A stretch of 64,000 nucleotides of DNA from Parcubacteria group bacterium (GCA_041660065.1 JBAZXC010000002.1:240768-304767); one strand, 5' to 3'. Positions 1 through 11,886 are shown, counted from the stretch's first letter. Notes: generated by a model not told the origin, from the letters alone. Numbers and translations are program-made.

Positions 1-3000
1 AACTTGTTGCACCGATTGGCGCATCGGAGACAATATGATATGCATATGCCGTTCCTTGCGCACCACTACCGGATTCTGTATACACAAAATTTCCCGCTGC
101 ATTCAATGTAATATTGGATGTCGTGCCGCTGCTACGATACAACGTCACATTTGCTGTACTACTCGATGCAAGACTCAATGTACCGCTTGCCACACCATAC
201 AATTCATATCGCCCGGAATCCTGCTCCAAGGCAAGCGCAGTCGGATACATGATAAATGAATTATCCGCAGACGCTTGATGAAATCCCAAGATTGGTTGAT
301 CAGAAATAATGCGAAATGCCCGCCCATTGATAATATCTTGCGTGACGGTAATCACAGAATCCGCACCCACCGATACGGTTTGTAATGTCGTCCATCCGGT
401 TGTACTGCTTTGCTGGATCTGCACGCTCGCACCAGAAAACGGCGCGTAGAAACTAAACACATCCGTGCCCGCATCCACACGATAAACAAATTCCGTACCA
501 GCATACGATATTGGAATTGCAGAATCTGTGGCATTGCCGGTAAATCCTATCGAAAGCGGTCCTGTCACGTCATATGAGTCATATTGATCCACGCCAATAG
601 CATACGGCAATGTCACCATTTCTCCTTCGTCCAAGCGTCGCGTTGTCACACCATCACTGACATCATTACCATCACGAAATGAGATCACCACCATTTGTTG
701 CACAGCACTAAGTGAATCTACGATATAATAATTTGGCTTTACGGCTTCTGTGTGGAAAATCGCATTATAATCGCCTGTCGATTCAAGCGGATCGCCCAAA
801 TATGTGACACGCACGCACTCAAGCTCCGGACTCATCAACACATCATCTGATTCAAAATCCACATGATATTGGACGTATTGATTATCCGTTTGATTACTGA
901 TCGATGAGATCGGATATGTAAGCGTGCTATTTGTTTCTTCTGCATAATACGTACCTGCGGTACCATCCGGACCGACAAATGTCTCTCCGCTACATGCACT
1001 ATCATTACAACTTCGCACCGTGAACTTGAGACGATTCGCACCACGACGATATTGATCATAAACCTCTGTCGGACTCATGATATCACTCCAAAAAGCCACA
1101 TCGTCAAGACGACCCCGATACCATCCGTGTGAACCGGCGGAATCATAAATACGACCGATACTATTGAAATACTGCGTTTTGATCCCTGTTTCCGATATAC
1201 CGGTCCCTTCCAATACACCATCCACATATACCTCCACAGCGCCACTTACATGATTGCGCGTTAAAGCCACATGATGCCATGTGCCATCATTGATCACTGT
1301 CGTGCTCTGTGTGCCTGTCGTGTTTCCCGCTTGAATCGCGATACGACCTGTCGAAGTAATGTATCCCCAAAAAACATCGTTACCCGTACTCGCTTGCTCG
1401 GAACCCGTTATGCCTGGCGCAGTCCATGGCACATCTGCACCGGTTTGCGTTGTATTCATCCAAAAACTCACGCTTCCCGTGCCACCGATCACCGTGCTGA
1501 GATCCTGTCCAAAATCCACAAAATCATCCACGCCGTCAAAGCCAAGGGACGTATTAAATCTCCCAGATTGACTCCATAGCGCCCCATTATATGTCCCATC
1601 ATTCGTTACGCCAGACGTATTGTCGATCGTGCCGCTGCTTTCATTGAGATGCACGAGAAATAGATTTGTACTCATATCCACATCTCCATCGCCATAATCC
1701 ACTTCTTCCCCGAGATTGTTTGGCAATTCCTTAAATGTCGGGTAATTGGAAATCCATGTAAGATCGATCCATGAAGCAAGTAACCCCGCATCAAAAACTT
1801 CTGATTGGTATTCTCCTATACCCGCCGTAAGGCCTGCGCTTGTCAGCTCCGTCCACTCATCAGTGCCGTCCCACTGCGTTTCGTCATATGTACCTTCGTT
1901 AAATTCCGATTCGTTACATGTCTGCAGAGTCAAAACTGGCTGAGAATAAATATAAAATGTTGTTGTCGTACTGGCGGCAACCGTTGGCACCTTTGCCCAG
2001 ATTGTACCCGTAGAGCTGGCCCCATTATATTCTTCCAGTGCATATGGGATACCATCACTCCCATCTCCTGCGCCACCAGCAACACGAATATCGCCACCAT
2101 CAGATTGTGCAATAGCAAAAAGCGCAGATGCATCCGTTGCGACATTAACGCGCACTTGATAATCAGTGAGTGTAGCGGTAGACGTATTTGTGATCGTCAC
2201 AGGAATACGTCGTGACCATTGTTGTGTAATGCCCTCCACATCCCAACTACCGGATTCCACTACACCAACGCTCTGCGACACACCGTATTGAAATTGTCTG
2301 TTTTGTTTTTCATTGAGAATATTGTGCTCATCATTTTGTGTCGCGTATTCATAATATGCCGCAATCGGATGATCAGCGACCACGCATGCACCAGCAGCAA
2401 TATTTGCGCCATCAGTTGTCGACCCAAAATACACCTTGCCTGGATAATTACCCGTTGGCGTAACTGTGGATGTCGCACTTGGCACACCTACACCACACTG
2501 CGTTCCATTGTTGTAGAGATTTACTGTTGTTGAGATACCAGCACGCGTCGAAACAGCAAAATATTGCATCGCCTGTGGCACATAATAACGATATCCCATC
2601 TCGTTAACTGGGAGAAATGTCTGCATTTCCGCACCATCCGTGTCATTGTTGCCGTTTACACCGATCGGATAATTTGATACCGCGCGCATGGCGTTTTCAG
2701 AGCCCTCCGACCCTGCAACGGCAAGATATACATTTTGTCCACGATTCAAATTATATGTGGCTGAAGTATTATTGCTATAATAAACGTTGATTGTCGTACC
2801 ATTTGTGATTGCTGCAAGCTCCATATTACCGGATGGGACACCATACCATTCCGTCGCCGCAGGGATCAGTGGCATACTTGCCTCACTTGCGGTTGAGTGA
2901 TGTGTTCCCATGATTGGACATCCGTTTGTTACTTCCACCATCACTGCACTGTCATTTGCAATACCGGTTGCCGCATTGTTCGTTGTGGTGAGATTATAAA

Positions 3001-4312
3001 AACTCCCCTGCGTCACCGTAAACGATCCGCCTGTGACGATATTATTATTTTCATTGCGCACCTCCACGGTTGCATTGCACCACGGCGAAATAAATGAAAA
3101 TGCATTGGTGTAGAGATCCATACGATAGACAAAACTCGTCCCCGCAAAAGACACCGGCACCAACGTATCCGTACCATTGGCATTGAATTCTCCATTGATC
3201 GGATCTGTTGCACTGATCGCCGTGGTTTGTGAAAATGTCGGTGCAGTCCCGCTACTTGGATAATGCACGCGCGCATATTGCGCAAGCGTACCATCATATG
3301 TACCGACAGATACTTGATTGTTACTCGTATAACTTGCGGCATCCGTCACAGTTCCTTCTGCTGTATTAGCTGTTACATAATAGATCCTTTCTTGAGAACT
3401 GTACGTGAATGCATCTTGACGCGATGATACACTTGTTGCTGTTGCATTCCCATAATACATACATACTTCCTCTGTTACTCCCGCATCAATATTGTCCATT
3501 TTAAGCCAAATGCGCGTTGATGCCGTGTTCATGTCATCAGCAAGATAATATGGCAAAACATTGCCGTCTGCATCCACAAAGCGAATATCATCTCCGTCAG
3601 ACTGCATTTTACCCGCTGAAACAAGCGTTGCCGTATCCATGTCAAGATATACTTGATATTCTTCCTCGTCCTCTGCACCAGAAGTAGTATGATCAATATC
3701 AAAACACTTGCGATATACCCATGATTCCCCATTCCACCAATCATGCTGTGCCGTATCCGGTGAAATTGTACCAAAATGTCCCAATGTCAAATAATCATCC
3801 GCCACATCAAAAGCCTCAAGATCACTCTCGCCGGTTTCAAAATTGCCACTTGTATATGTACCACTATCAAACTCCGCCTTGGAATCAATATCTCCTTCTG
3901 ACCGCGTTTCATATTTTAAAAGTTGAATTCCTGTTTGAACGATGTTCCCGCTCTCCATAAAATTCTGAACGCGAATTTCTGCCTCAATAAATTGTGGTCC
4001 ATAGTACTGTGATGTGATGATCACAAGAACAAGAAAACTTACGGCAAAAACCGCAGCAATACCACGATACGCATGCATCTGCCCGATCTGTGTGATCATT
4101 TTTTGATGATCAATCTTTTTTGACCTCTCTTTTTTTTGTATTACATGGACGTAATTACTCTTCAACATTTTTTGCACACGCCATTGTGCCGTCTTTTTTG
4201 CAATAAATCGACGAGTATTTCGCTTAACCTCTCGCAAAAAACCAAAAAAGCCCCCGAACGTACGTTCGGCAGATCCTATTTTATATATGGTTGATTTTTT
4301 ATCGCGGGGCAT
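1..4312 (-). CDS. Very large surface protein with DUF2341 and LamG/concanavalin-like domains (3' end runs out of the window; absent from the ORF track)
   Basis: I translated the 5' part by hand from ATG 4312 (MPRDKKST...). It has a hydrophobic anchor (GIAAVFAVSFLVLVII) and a DUF2341 signature (WWNGESWVYRKCFDIDHT...MQSDGDDIRFVDADGNVLPYY...TRIWLK...MYYGN). LamG-like motifs lie at ~1100-1700. Not every codon was checked. Confidence 0.85.
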   Translation of the reverse strand, partial: MPRDKKSTIYKIGSAERTFGGFFGFLREVKRNTRRFIAKKTAQWRVQKMLKSNYVHVIQKKERSKKIDHQKMITQIGQMHAYRGIAAVFAVSFLVLVIITSQYYGPQFIEAEIRVQNFMESGNIVQTGIQLLKYETRSEGDIDSKAEFDSGTYTSGNFETGESDLEAFDVADDYLTLGHFGTISPDTAQHDWWNGESWVYRKCFDIDHTTSGAEDEEEYQVYLDMDTATLVSAGKMQSDGDDIRFVDADGNVLPYYLADDMNTASTRIWLKMDNIDAGVTEEVCMYYGNATATSVSSRQDAFTYSSQERIYYVTANTAEGTVTDAASYTSNNQVSVGTYDGTLAQYARVHYPSSGTAPTFSQTTAISATDPINGEFNANGTDTLVPVSFAGTSFVYRMDLYTNAFSFISPWCNATVEVRNENNNIVTGGSFTVTQGSFYNLTTTNNAATGIANDSAVMVEVTNGCPIMGTHHSTASEASMPLIPAATEWYGVPSGNMELAAITNGTTINVYYSNNTSATYNLNRGQNVYLAVAGSEGSENAMRAVSNYPIGVNGNNDTDGAEMQTFLPVNEMGYRYYVPQAMQYFAVSTRAGISTTVNLYNNGTQCGVGVPSATSTVTPTGNYPGKVYFGSTTDGANIAAGACVVADHPIAAYYEYATQNDEHNILNEKQNRQFQYGVSQSVGVVESGSWDVEGITQQWSRRIPVTITNTSTATLTDYQVRVNVATDASALFAIAQSDGGDIRVAGGAGDGSDGIPYALEEYNGASSTGTIWAKVPTVAASTTTTFYIYSQPVLTLQTCNESEFNEGTYDETQWDGTDEWTELTSAGLTAGIGEYQSEVFDAGLLASWIDLTWISNYPTFKELPNNLGEEVDYGDGDVDMSTNLFLVHLNESSGTIDNTSGVTNDGTYNGALWSQSGRFNTSLGFDGVDDFVDFGQDLSTVIGGTGSVSFWMNTTQTGADVPWTAPGITGSEQASTGNDVFWGYITSTGRIAIQAGNTTGTQSTTVINDGTWHHVALTRNHVSGAVEVYVDGVLEGTGISETGIKTQYFNSIGRIYDSAGSHGWYRGRLDDVAFWSDIMSPTEVYDQYRRGANRLKFTVRSCNDSACSGETFVGPDGTAGTYYAEETNSTLTYPISSISNQTDNQYVQYHVDFESDDVLMSPELECVRVTYLGDPLESTGDYNAIFHTEAVKPNYYIVDSLSAVQQMVVISFRDGNDVSDGVTTRRLDEGEMVTLPYAIGVDQYDSYDVTGPLSIGFTGNATDSAIPISYAGTEFVYRVDAGTDVFSFYAPFSGASVQIQQSSTTGWTTLQTVSVGADSVITVTQDIINGRAFRIISDQPILGFHQASADNSFIMYPTALALEQDSGRYELYGVASGTLSLASSSTANVTLYRSSGTTSNITLNAAGNFVYTESGSGAQGTAYAYHIVSDAPIGATS

Positions 4313-4358
4313 CGCTTTTTTTGTTTTTATATGTATTTTTTAAATAGGGGCCTATTTT

Positions 4359-4949
4359 TTAATCGACAGTCACATGATCGGACTGATCAGGGTCATCTCC
4401 TCTGTCTACATAGATTGCGTCTGTTATCACATCACCATCCTCCTCTTCCGTTTCAAGGCATTCCTTTTTATCGATTTCTCCACCTTTTTTGATCACCGTA
4501 TTATTATGTGAAAGATCGATCATCACAAGATATTCTTTTGACGCCTTCCCTGTGATAACCTCCACGGAAAGGATTGATTCGCCATGCTCTCCGGTCATAA
4601 GCGCCTTATTCATTTCATAGCGATCCAGACAGTCCAATGGAGCATCGTCACAATCCTTGCAAGTATCCGGCAATACTTTGTTGAGAATTTTTTTTAATTC
4701 TTTATCAGAAGGCACTAAAGAAAGATCTCCCGTGACATCCACATGTTGACTTTCTGCAGCTACTTTTTCCTTCTCCGGTTCTGGTGAAATAAGTATTTCT
4801 CTTTTTTGTTGACCATATGTCGTATATGCCGCTATGACCATGATTGCAATGGAAACAAGCGATAACATCCGATAAAATCGCGCTTCCTGTCGTTCTTTTT
4901 TATGGGCTTTATCATGCTTTGGGTTATATGGCATACATTTTTTGGTCAT
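4359..4949 (-). CDS. Hypothetical membrane-anchored protein
   Basis: 196-aa ORF with one N-terminal TM segment and an acidic, Cys-containing ectodomain; co-oriented with its neighbours. Confidence 0.75.
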   Translation of the reverse strand: MTKKCMPYNPKHDKAHKKERQEARFYRMLSLVSIAIMVIAAYTTYGQQKREILISPEPEKEKVAAESQHVDVTGDLSLVPSDKELKKILNKVLPDTCKDCDDAPLDCLDRYEMNKALMTGEHGESILSVEVITGKASKEYLVMIDLSHNNTVIKKGGEIDKKECLETEEEDGDVITDAIYVDRGDDPDQSDHVTVD

Positions 4950-5071
4950 TTATATAAGCAAAAACGGGTGAAAAGTTTCCTTGCGTCCTACGACGCAATG
5001 GTCTTTTCACCCGTATGTGGCTTTAAGAAGATCTTTGAGCCTAATGGCCAAAGAAGTGTGTAGTGTGAATA

Positions 5072-5812
5072 TTAATTTGGTGAAGCAGCAACAGTCAAAC
5101 GAAATGTTCCTGTTTGTGCATCTACCATATTTGATCCACAATCGACAACAAGCGCCATCTGGCGTTGTTCACCTGCAGGGATCGTAAATTCACCAGAAGA
5201 AGCGTTTGCTACTGACATTGCGCCAGCAACAACTTCCATTTGAATTACATCATTTGGAGCGGCATCATACCAGTTCGTCAATGAACCGTAATTTGCCGGG
5301 TTTGGCAACTCTGCAATCGGTGTTGTACTGTCAGCATTTGACGTAAACAACCAAATATCAGCATCACCTGCTGTAAATGTATCAGCAACTGCAGGATTAC
5401 CATTGATGTCGGCTTCAACTGTCAATGTAACATCCCAATCCTCTGCTACTGTTGTGTTATCAAGTTGGATCACATCCGTATAATATGTACGGTCACCTGC
5501 AAAACAGGTAAATGAGATCTCTTCATGTGACAATAACGTGTCACCTGTACCAGGTGTACCATCGCCATTATCATCGTTGGTGATCGTGTTGCCGAGATTT
5601 ACCGTAAGGTAATCACTGGCAGCATCATCAGCACCGGCCAATTTCGCAATCGGAGGGGTATCGACAACCACATCCCACTGCGTGAAGTTCTGTACCACGA
5701 GGGCACCGAGAACCGGAGCTCCAACAAATAGCATGAGTGCAAGGGCGATATACATCCCTCGTTTTTTGCTCATGCCTTTTTGTATTTGTTTTTGCATACG
5801 CTTTTTGAGCAT
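5072..5812 (-). CDS. Secreted acidic beta-rich protein, possibly a fibre/surface subunit
   Basis: Basic N-terminus plus hydrophobic signal (MYIALALMLFVGAPVLGA); D/T/A/G-rich mature part. Start at 5812 or 5797 is more likely than 5872. Confidence 0.8.
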   Translation of the reverse strand: MLKKRMQKQIQKGMSKKRGMYIALALMLFVGAPVLGALVVQNFTQWDVVVDTPPIAKLAGADDAASDYLTVNLGNTITNDDNGDGTPGTGDTLLSHEEISFTCFAGDRTYYTDVIQLDNTTVAEDWDVTLTVEADINGNPAVADTFTAGDADIWLFTSNADSTTPIAELPNPANYGSLTNWYDAAPNDVIQMEVVAGAMSVANASSGEFTIPAGEQRQMALVVDCGSNMVDAQTGTFRLTVAASPN

Positions 5813-6112
5813 ATTATTAATTACGCGAAGAAACAAAAAAACGGATATGCTTTTTTCTTCGTCGAAAATCACCCCATATCACCCCCAAAATAGGTATGTA
5901 TGAATCGATTTTCTCTGAAGAAAAAGCCACCCGCTCTTTGATCTTCTTACATCCATTATACATGAAAAAATACATTACGTCAAATATTAAAAATGAACAA
6001 TAACCATCGACAAAATTATTTGCATATGTTACGATGTATAAAGGAAAAATAGCACTATTTGCTATTTATTTTTACACAATATTATTCATACAGTTTTATT
6101 AATTCACACCTT

Positions 6113-6775
6113 ATGCACATCACATATCACGGACTTTCTTGTTTTAAGATCATTGCAAAAACTGCAGGACGTGGCAGTGAAGACGTCACCATTGTCTTCG
6201 CGCCCTATAACAAAAGCTTCGGACTCCGTCCGCCACAGGGTAATGCGGACATTATACTCATTCCCCACGACAGTCCTATGTTCAATAATGCCGATGCTCT
6301 CCGTGGCGCACCTCTTGTAATCGATCGACCCGGCGAATTTGCAGTCAAAGGCATAAACATCATCGGTAAGGATGCTCCCGCGGATCCGCGCAACGGCGAA
6401 CTGCGAGGAAACACCGTTGTGTTCATGCTCGACATTGAGGACTGCACAATTGCATATCTCGGCGCACTTGGTGCAGATCTTTCTCCAACCGTTCTCAATA
6501 TGATCGCAGGAGCCGACATTCTCTTTCTTCCTATCGGGGACAAGGAAGGTATCGATGGAAAAACAGCAGAAGTGCTCGCACGCAAGATCGAAGCAAAGAT
6601 CATTATCCCTATGCAATACCACATCAAAGGTGTTTCGGCACCATCACTGCGCAACGAGGAAGATTTTTGCTCACAGATCGGCAATTGCCCACGCAAAAAA
6701 GAAGACAAACTCATTATAAAAAAAGCTGATTTGGAAAACAAGGCGATGGAAATCATCCTATTGCAAGCCATATAA
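6113..6775 (+). CDS. MBL-fold metallo-hydrolase-like protein
   Basis: MHITYHGLSCFKI start, PGEFAVKGI, and IIIPMQY; metal-binding His residues are partly degenerate. Confidence 0.8.
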   Translation: MHITYHGLSCFKIIAKTAGRGSEDVTIVFAPYNKSFGLRPPQGNADIILIPHDSPMFNNADALRGAPLVIDRPGEFAVKGINIIGKDAPADPRNGELRGNTVVFMLDIEDCTIAYLGALGADLSPTVLNMIAGADILFLPIGDKEGIDGKTAEVLARKIEAKIIIPMQYHIKGVSAPSLRNEEDFCSQIGNCPRKKEDKLIIKKADLENKAMEIILLQAI

Positions 6776-6784
6776 ATACATCGT

Positions 6785-7072
6785 ATGTTTGATAAAATAG
6801 AAAAAAAAATACATGACATTCAAAATGAACCGGAACACATACGCTTGCGTTATCTGTGGGGTGCGGTACTCATCTCGATGATGCTTATTGTTTTTATCTG
6901 GGTCATGAGCCTCAAGACAACCTTCCTACAAGTGCGCAATGACAAAGACATGCAAAAATCGCTTGAAACACTGCAAGAACAACTCGATACGATCAAAGCT
7001 CCCACAGATCAACAGTCCGTTTCCATCGATGATCTCTTACAAAAACCTGCATCACAACAACCGGAAATGTAA
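6785..7072 (+). CDS. Hypothetical single-TM protein
   Basis: 95-aa ORF directly downstream of the MBL gene; one TM helix. Confidence 0.7.
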   Translation: MFDKIEKKIHDIQNEPEHIRLRYLWGAVLISMMLIVFIWVMSLKTTFLQVRNDKDMQKSLETLQEQLDTIKAPTDQQSVSIDDLLQKPASQQPEM

Positions 7073-7259
7073 GAATACGCATCACAACGCCATTGAAATT
7101 TGGTGTTTGATATCCCTCTTCATACACGATCATCCCCATTGAAGATGGACACCAAACACAAAAACATACAGAAAACACGCACATTTTACTGTTTTTTGTA
7201 TTTTTCGTGTTTATTATTAATAAAACACCCCATCCTAAACATCTAATTTATAAACTGTT

Positions 7260-9716
7260 ATGACACAAGAAATTCAGAAACAACCACAACATCAGGTCAC
7301 CCCCCAACCGATCGTCGAAGAAATGCAAAAATCCTATCTCGAGTACGCCATGAGCGTGATCATCGCACGCGCGCTTCCCGATGTGCGTGACGGTCTCAAA
7401 CCTGTACATCGCCGCATCCTTTATTCCATGTGGAAAACAGGTCTCAAGCCAAGTGCGAAGTTCCGCAAGAGCGCAACAGTGGTAGGTGAAGTGCTCGGTA
7501 AATATCACCCACATGGTGACAGTGCGGTTTATGACACGATGGTGCGTATGGCACAGGATTTTTCTCTCCGTTACCCGCTCATTTGGGGTCAAGGAAACTT
7601 TGGATCAATGGATGGGGACAGCGCAGCGGCATATCGTTATACAGAAGCGAAACTTATGCCCATCGCTGAGGAAATGCTTTTTGATATTGAAAAAAATACC
7701 GTTGATTTTCGTCCAAACTTCGATGGCGTACACAAAGAACCGACAGTTCTCCCCGCCAAACTTCCACAACTTCTCTTAAACGGCACAATGGGTATCGCCG
7801 TTGGCATGGCAACAAACATCCCACCACACAATCTCCGCGAGCTCACCGGCGCAATTGTCCACCTCATCGACCAGCCAAAAGCAGACGTTGATGATCTATT
7901 GCAGTTTGTCACAGGTCCGGATTTCCCTACCGGAGGTATGATCTATAATCAAAAAGACATCCGCGAAGCCTATGCAACCGGCCATGGCAAAATCACAATG
8001 CGTGCAAAAGCGGATATCATTGAAAGCAAGAATGGCCAATTCTCCATTATTGTCACAGAAATCACCTACCTCACAAACAAGTCCACACTGATTGAAAAAA
8101 TTGCTTCTCTGGTAAAAGATAAAAAACTCATCGGCATCAAGGCGCTTCGTGATGAATCATCAAATAAAGATGGCGTGCGTATTGTCATGGACCTCAAAAA
8201 AGATGCCTATCCGCAAAAAGTGCTCAATCGCCTCTACACACTGACGGATCTCCAAAAGAACTTTAACGTCAATATGCTTGCGCTTGTCGATGGTATCGAA
8301 CCGCGCATTTTGAACCTCAAGGAGATCTTGGAATATTATATCTTACATCGTCGCGAAGTGATCATCAGACGCACACAATATGATCTCGACAAAGCGCGCG
8401 AACGTGCACATATTCTCGAAGGTTTGTCCAAGGCTCTAGATCATATTGATGCCGTCATTGAAACGATCAGAAAATCACAAACACGTGAAACGGCACACGA
8501 AAACCTCCGCAAACGATTTAAATTCTCTGATGTGCAAGCAACGGCAATCCTGGAAATGCGCCTGCAGACACTTGCCGGATTGGAACGCAAAAAAATCGAG
8601 GATGAACTCAAAGAAAAGATCCGCCTTATCAAGCAATTGGAAGCGATCATCAAAAGCGATAAGCTGCAAAAAAATCTCGTCAAAGATGAACTCATTGCAC
8701 TTACAGAAAAATTTGGTGATGCTCGCAAAACCAAAGTGTTCAAATCCGCCGTCGGCGAATTCAAACAAGAAGACCTCGTGCCAAATGAAGAAGCAATCAT
8801 TACGATTACCACAGACGGCTATGTCAAACGCATGAATCCTTCCGTCTATCGCGTCCAAAAACGTGGTGGCAAAGGCGTGATCGGCGCAACGACGAAAGAA
8901 GATACGAGTGTGATCCACATGCTTTCTGTCATGACACATGACAATCTCTTCTTCTTTACCAATACAGGCAAAGTTTTCCAAACAAAAGCATATGAAATTC
9001 CCGAATCCGCTCGCACCGCCAAAGGCAATGCGATCGTCAATTTCCTCCAACTGTCACAAAGTGAAGAGGTGACAGAAATCATTCCATTCAACAGTGACGA
9101 TCAGTACAAATTTCTCTTCATGGCGACAAGCAACGGTGTGGTCAAAAAAGTAAAAATTACAGATTTTGACAATGTGCGTCGATCAGGACTTATTGCGATC
9201 AACCTTGAAGCTGGTGATAAGCTTCACTGGGTCAAGCCAACCACCGGCACAGACAACGTCATCCTTTCCACAGCACACGGCCAAGCAGTACACTTCCGCG
9301 AAAACAACGTGCGTGCGATGGGACGTAACGCTTCCGGCGTACGTGGCATCAAACTCAAAAAGGATGACTACGTGGTCGGCATGGATGTCATGTTTGCCAA
9401 GCAAAAAGGTGACGAACTCTTCATCATCACAGCAAACGGCTTTGGCAAAAAAACCAAGATCTCTCAGTACAAACTCCAGCGTCGTGGCGGATCCGGCATC
9501 AAAACTGCCAAGATCACACCAAAGACCGGACTTATCGTCAGTGCACGCGTTGTGAGCGCAGATGACAATGACAGCGATGTGATCATCACAAGTGCAAACG
9601 GTCAGATCATCCGCACACCGCTCAAACACATCTCTACACTCTCACGCGCGACACAAGGCGTGCGCATCATGAAACCAAAGCCAGGCGACACGATCAGCGC
9701 CGCAACGATCTTGTAA
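7260..9716 (+). CDS. gyrA: DNA gyrase subunit A
   Basis: [35 protein letters not shown] catalytic region, and GyrA box QKRGGKG. Confidence 0.98.
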   Translation: MTQEIQKQPQHQVTPQPIVEEMQKSYLEYAMSVIIARALPDVRDGLKPVHRRILYSMWKTGLKPSAKFRKSATVVGEVLGKYHPHGDSAVYDTMVRMAQDFSLRYPLIWGQGNFGSMDGDSAAAYRYTEAKLMPIAEEMLFDIEKNTVDFRPNFDGVHKEPTVLPAKLPQLLLNGTMGIAVGMATNIPPHNLRELTGAIVHLIDQPKADVDDLLQFVTGPDFPTGGMIYNQKDIREAYATGHGKITMRAKADIIESKNGQFSIIVTEITYLTNKSTLIEKIASLVKDKKLIGIKALRDESSNKDGVRIVMDLKKDAYPQKVLNRLYTLTDLQKNFNVNMLALVDGIEPRILNLKEILEYYILHRREVIIRRTQYDLDKARERAHILEGLSKALDHIDAVIETIRKSQTRETAHENLRKRFKFSDVQATAILEMRLQTLAGLERKKIEDELKEKIRLIKQLEAIIKSDKLQKNLVKDELIALTEKFGDARKTKVFKSAVGEFKQEDLVPNEEAIITITTDGYVKRMNPSVYRVQKRGGKGVIGATTKEDTSVIHMLSVMTHDNLFFFTNTGKVFQTKAYEIPESARTAKGNAIVNFLQLSQSEEVTEIIPFNSDDQYKFLFMATSNGVVKKVKITDFDNVRRSGLIAINLEAGDKLHWVKPTTGTDNVILSTAHGQAVHFRENNVRAMGRNASGVRGIKLKKDDYVVGMDVMFAKQKGDELFIITANGFGKKTKISQYKLQRRGGSGIKTAKITPKTGLIVSARVVSADDNDSDVIITSANGQIIRTPLKHISTLSRATQGVRIMKPKPGDTISAATIL

Positions 9717-9730
9717 GAAGAGTAGACAAG

Positions 9731-9768
9731 AAATCAAAAACAGCTTTTCATAAAGCTGTTTTTGATTT
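9731..9768. terminator. Bidirectional intrinsic terminator
   Basis: Perfect inverted repeat AAATCAAAAACAGCTTT/AAAGCTGTTTTTGATTT between the convergent gyrA and HIT genes. Confidence 0.8.
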
Positions 9769-9782
9769 ATATATGCCTATTT

Positions 9783-10214
9783 TTATATAAACAATTTTTT
9801 CATTTCATCTATAGATGGTTGCAATTCTTCATGTGATAAATTACGCTTGGTTTTGGGATCTCTGTGGAACAAATGATATTCCGGTAACCGCTCTTTATCT
9901 CCCTTCACGCGAGGCATTATATGAAAATGAAAATGCTCAACCGTTTGTCCGGCATATTTACCCTCATTGAATCCATAATTACATCCCTCCGGCTGCAAAT
10001 AGTCATTGTACTTTTGCGAAACCAATTGGACGGCAGAAATTATGTCGATCAGTTCATCTTTTGTCAGTGCGCGAATATTTGTCACATGTCGCTTTGGAAC
10101 AACGACACACTGACCTTTGTTTGCGGGGCGAATATTATAGATCACAAAAATATTTTTATTTTCATATAACAGCTGCTCTTCTATTGTTTTTGGATCACAA
10201 AACGGACACTGCAT
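9783..10214 (-). CDS. HIT family hydrolase
   Basis: CPFC N-terminus and AGQTVEHFHFHIMPR histidine triad. Confidence 0.92.
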   Translation of the reverse strand: MQCPFCDPKTIEEQLLYENKNIFVIYNIRPANKGQCVVVPKRHVTNIRALTKDELIDIISAVQLVSQKYNDYLQPEGCNYGFNEGKYAGQTVEHFHFHIMPRVKGDKERLPEYHLFHRDPKTKRNLSHEELQPSIDEMKKLFI

Positions 10215-10404
10215 ATTTTTTAAATTAAATCGTTAATATTATTTACATTTTTTTGAAAACTGTCCCGCAATACCATTTCACTATGCCCTAAGCATTTAGG
10301 AAGAGCATCAGAGAGTCTCAATATCATAAAAAGTTTGAAAATATATATCACCTCGTTAATTATAAAATATGGCGTGAGACTTGAACAAGTATCACGCCTT
10401 ACGA

Positions 10405-10617
10405 TCAGAGGAGCTGCTTTATATTCTTATTGAAATATTCCGTGTTAAAGAATATAAATGTTTCCGGAGCGATAAGATCGATATGACGCCGCAACAAATC
10501 CATTTTCTCAGGATCCACAACGGGTTCCAGTGTATTTTTCAAAAACACACGCAGGTCTCCATCGCTTTCAAAATTCAAGAACGTCAGACCAAATCCTTCA
10601 TGCATTTCAATATCCAT
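10405..10617 (-). CDS. Small hypothetical protein
   Basis: GAGGAGG SD upstream of the ATG; terminator-like hairpin at ~10371-10398 downstream. Confidence 0.6.
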   Translation of the reverse strand: MDIEMHEGFGLTFLNFESDGDLRVFLKNTLEPVVDPEKMDLLRRHIDLIAPETFIFFNTEYFNKNIKQLL

Positions 10618-10872
10618 CTTGCCTCCTCATTTGATTGATGATCCAAATTCTGATCTTTGGATATTCATTATTTTAAGAACAAAAACGAACCGGCTCTCAC
10701 AGATTTATGTCACTCTACCACCAAATTTTGTTAATGACAAGCCTGCCTTGACTTTTCGTTTTAATCATATATACTGCCATGAAGTTCTTTTACAGGATTG
10801 TTGTATACAAACATATACGATATTCTTAATTATCTTTGATAATTATTTTAACCAATCATCAGGGAGGACCCT

Positions 10873-11202
10873 ATGAAAATGCACTTGCTTATAACAAACA
10901 GTGATGGATCAATTTTCTGGGATTTGCAGGAGGATCTCGATCTTATCAATATACCAGGAGCATGGGCTATATTACGAAAAAACCCAAGAGACGGTGAAAA
11001 AAAAGGCTATGGTGAAGATCGTGGAAAGGTTATTATTGATTGGCTGTATAAAAATCACGGACCAAAACAAATGTGCGTGGAGAGTGTGCCACGTGCCGTT
11101 GTTGAGTCATGTTTAAAATATGCTGACAATCAGGAATTAAGCAAATTGTTTGGGAGAACCCTTCTACAATTACTTCAAGAAAAGTTTGGAAAAGAATATT
11201 GA
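10873..11202 (+). CDS. Hypothetical protein
   Basis: GGAGG SD, upstream TTGACT-16-TATACT promoter, downstream hairpin at ~11237-11263. Confidence 0.7.
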   Translation: MKMHLLITNSDGSIFWDLQEDLDLINIPGAWAILRKNPRDGEKKGYGEDRGKVIIDWLYKNHGPKQMCVESVPRAVVESCLKYADNQELSKLFGRTLLQLLQEKFGKEY

Positions 11203-11346
11203 TCTTTTAAAAAATTGAAATTATTATCAGATATCAAAGTCCAGCATAAATTTATGCTGGACTTCTTTTATTTTTTATTAAATAAAAACAAAAAACAATT
11301 CGTAAAGAATTGTTTTTTGTGTTTCTCACAACCCATAGTCTAGTGA

Positions 11347-11568
11347 CTATAGGAGACCCATCAAACTGAAAAGTGTCATCGTCATTGCAGGCACAAGTGC
11401 AAGTAATACAGCAAATTCTGTATCATTTGATTTGCGGTGCAAACGGAAACTTTTGATTTCCTCTACAGGTGCTTCCGGAGTTGTCTCAGGAGCAGGAGCG
11501 GCTACTACATCTTCTTCGCTTCCGCCACATGAACAACCACATGTTGCACATTTTTTGATCTCAGCCAT
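11347..11568 (-). CDS. Small protein with Cys-rich N-terminus and C-terminal TM helix
   Basis: KKCATCGCSCGG, a Pro/Glu linker and a hydrophobic tail; TTGACA-17-TATAAT promoter at 11751-11723. Confidence 0.7.
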   Translation of the reverse strand: MAEIKKCATCGCSCGGSEEDVVAAPAPETTPEAPVEEIKSFRLHRKSNDTEFAVLLALVPAMTMTLFSLMGLL

Positions 11569-11886
11569 ATTTTTGTTTTATATATTATTTATTTTTTATG
11601 ATGCAATATATTGCATGTCACCTTTTATGCCGAGGATCGGTCTTTCTCAATCGACCAACAAAAAGAAAAACCGGGTGACATTTGGTCTTGATGACCACCC
11701 GGCTTTAACTCATCATGTATCCATTATAGCAGAAAAAAACATGATTGTCAATTCTGATTTTTCATTAATTTTTATTATATCCTCAAATTTTTTCACCTGA
11801 TCATAAAACACGTTGATTGACAAAGCGTTCAAAGACCTGTACGCTGATAATTCAGAATCATTCTCGCATTTCCCTATCAAAAAAAT

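Noticed and set aside
35-3960. Many short ORFs in the track
   Set aside because: They are shadow or alternate frames of the large minus-strand DUF2341/LamG gene.
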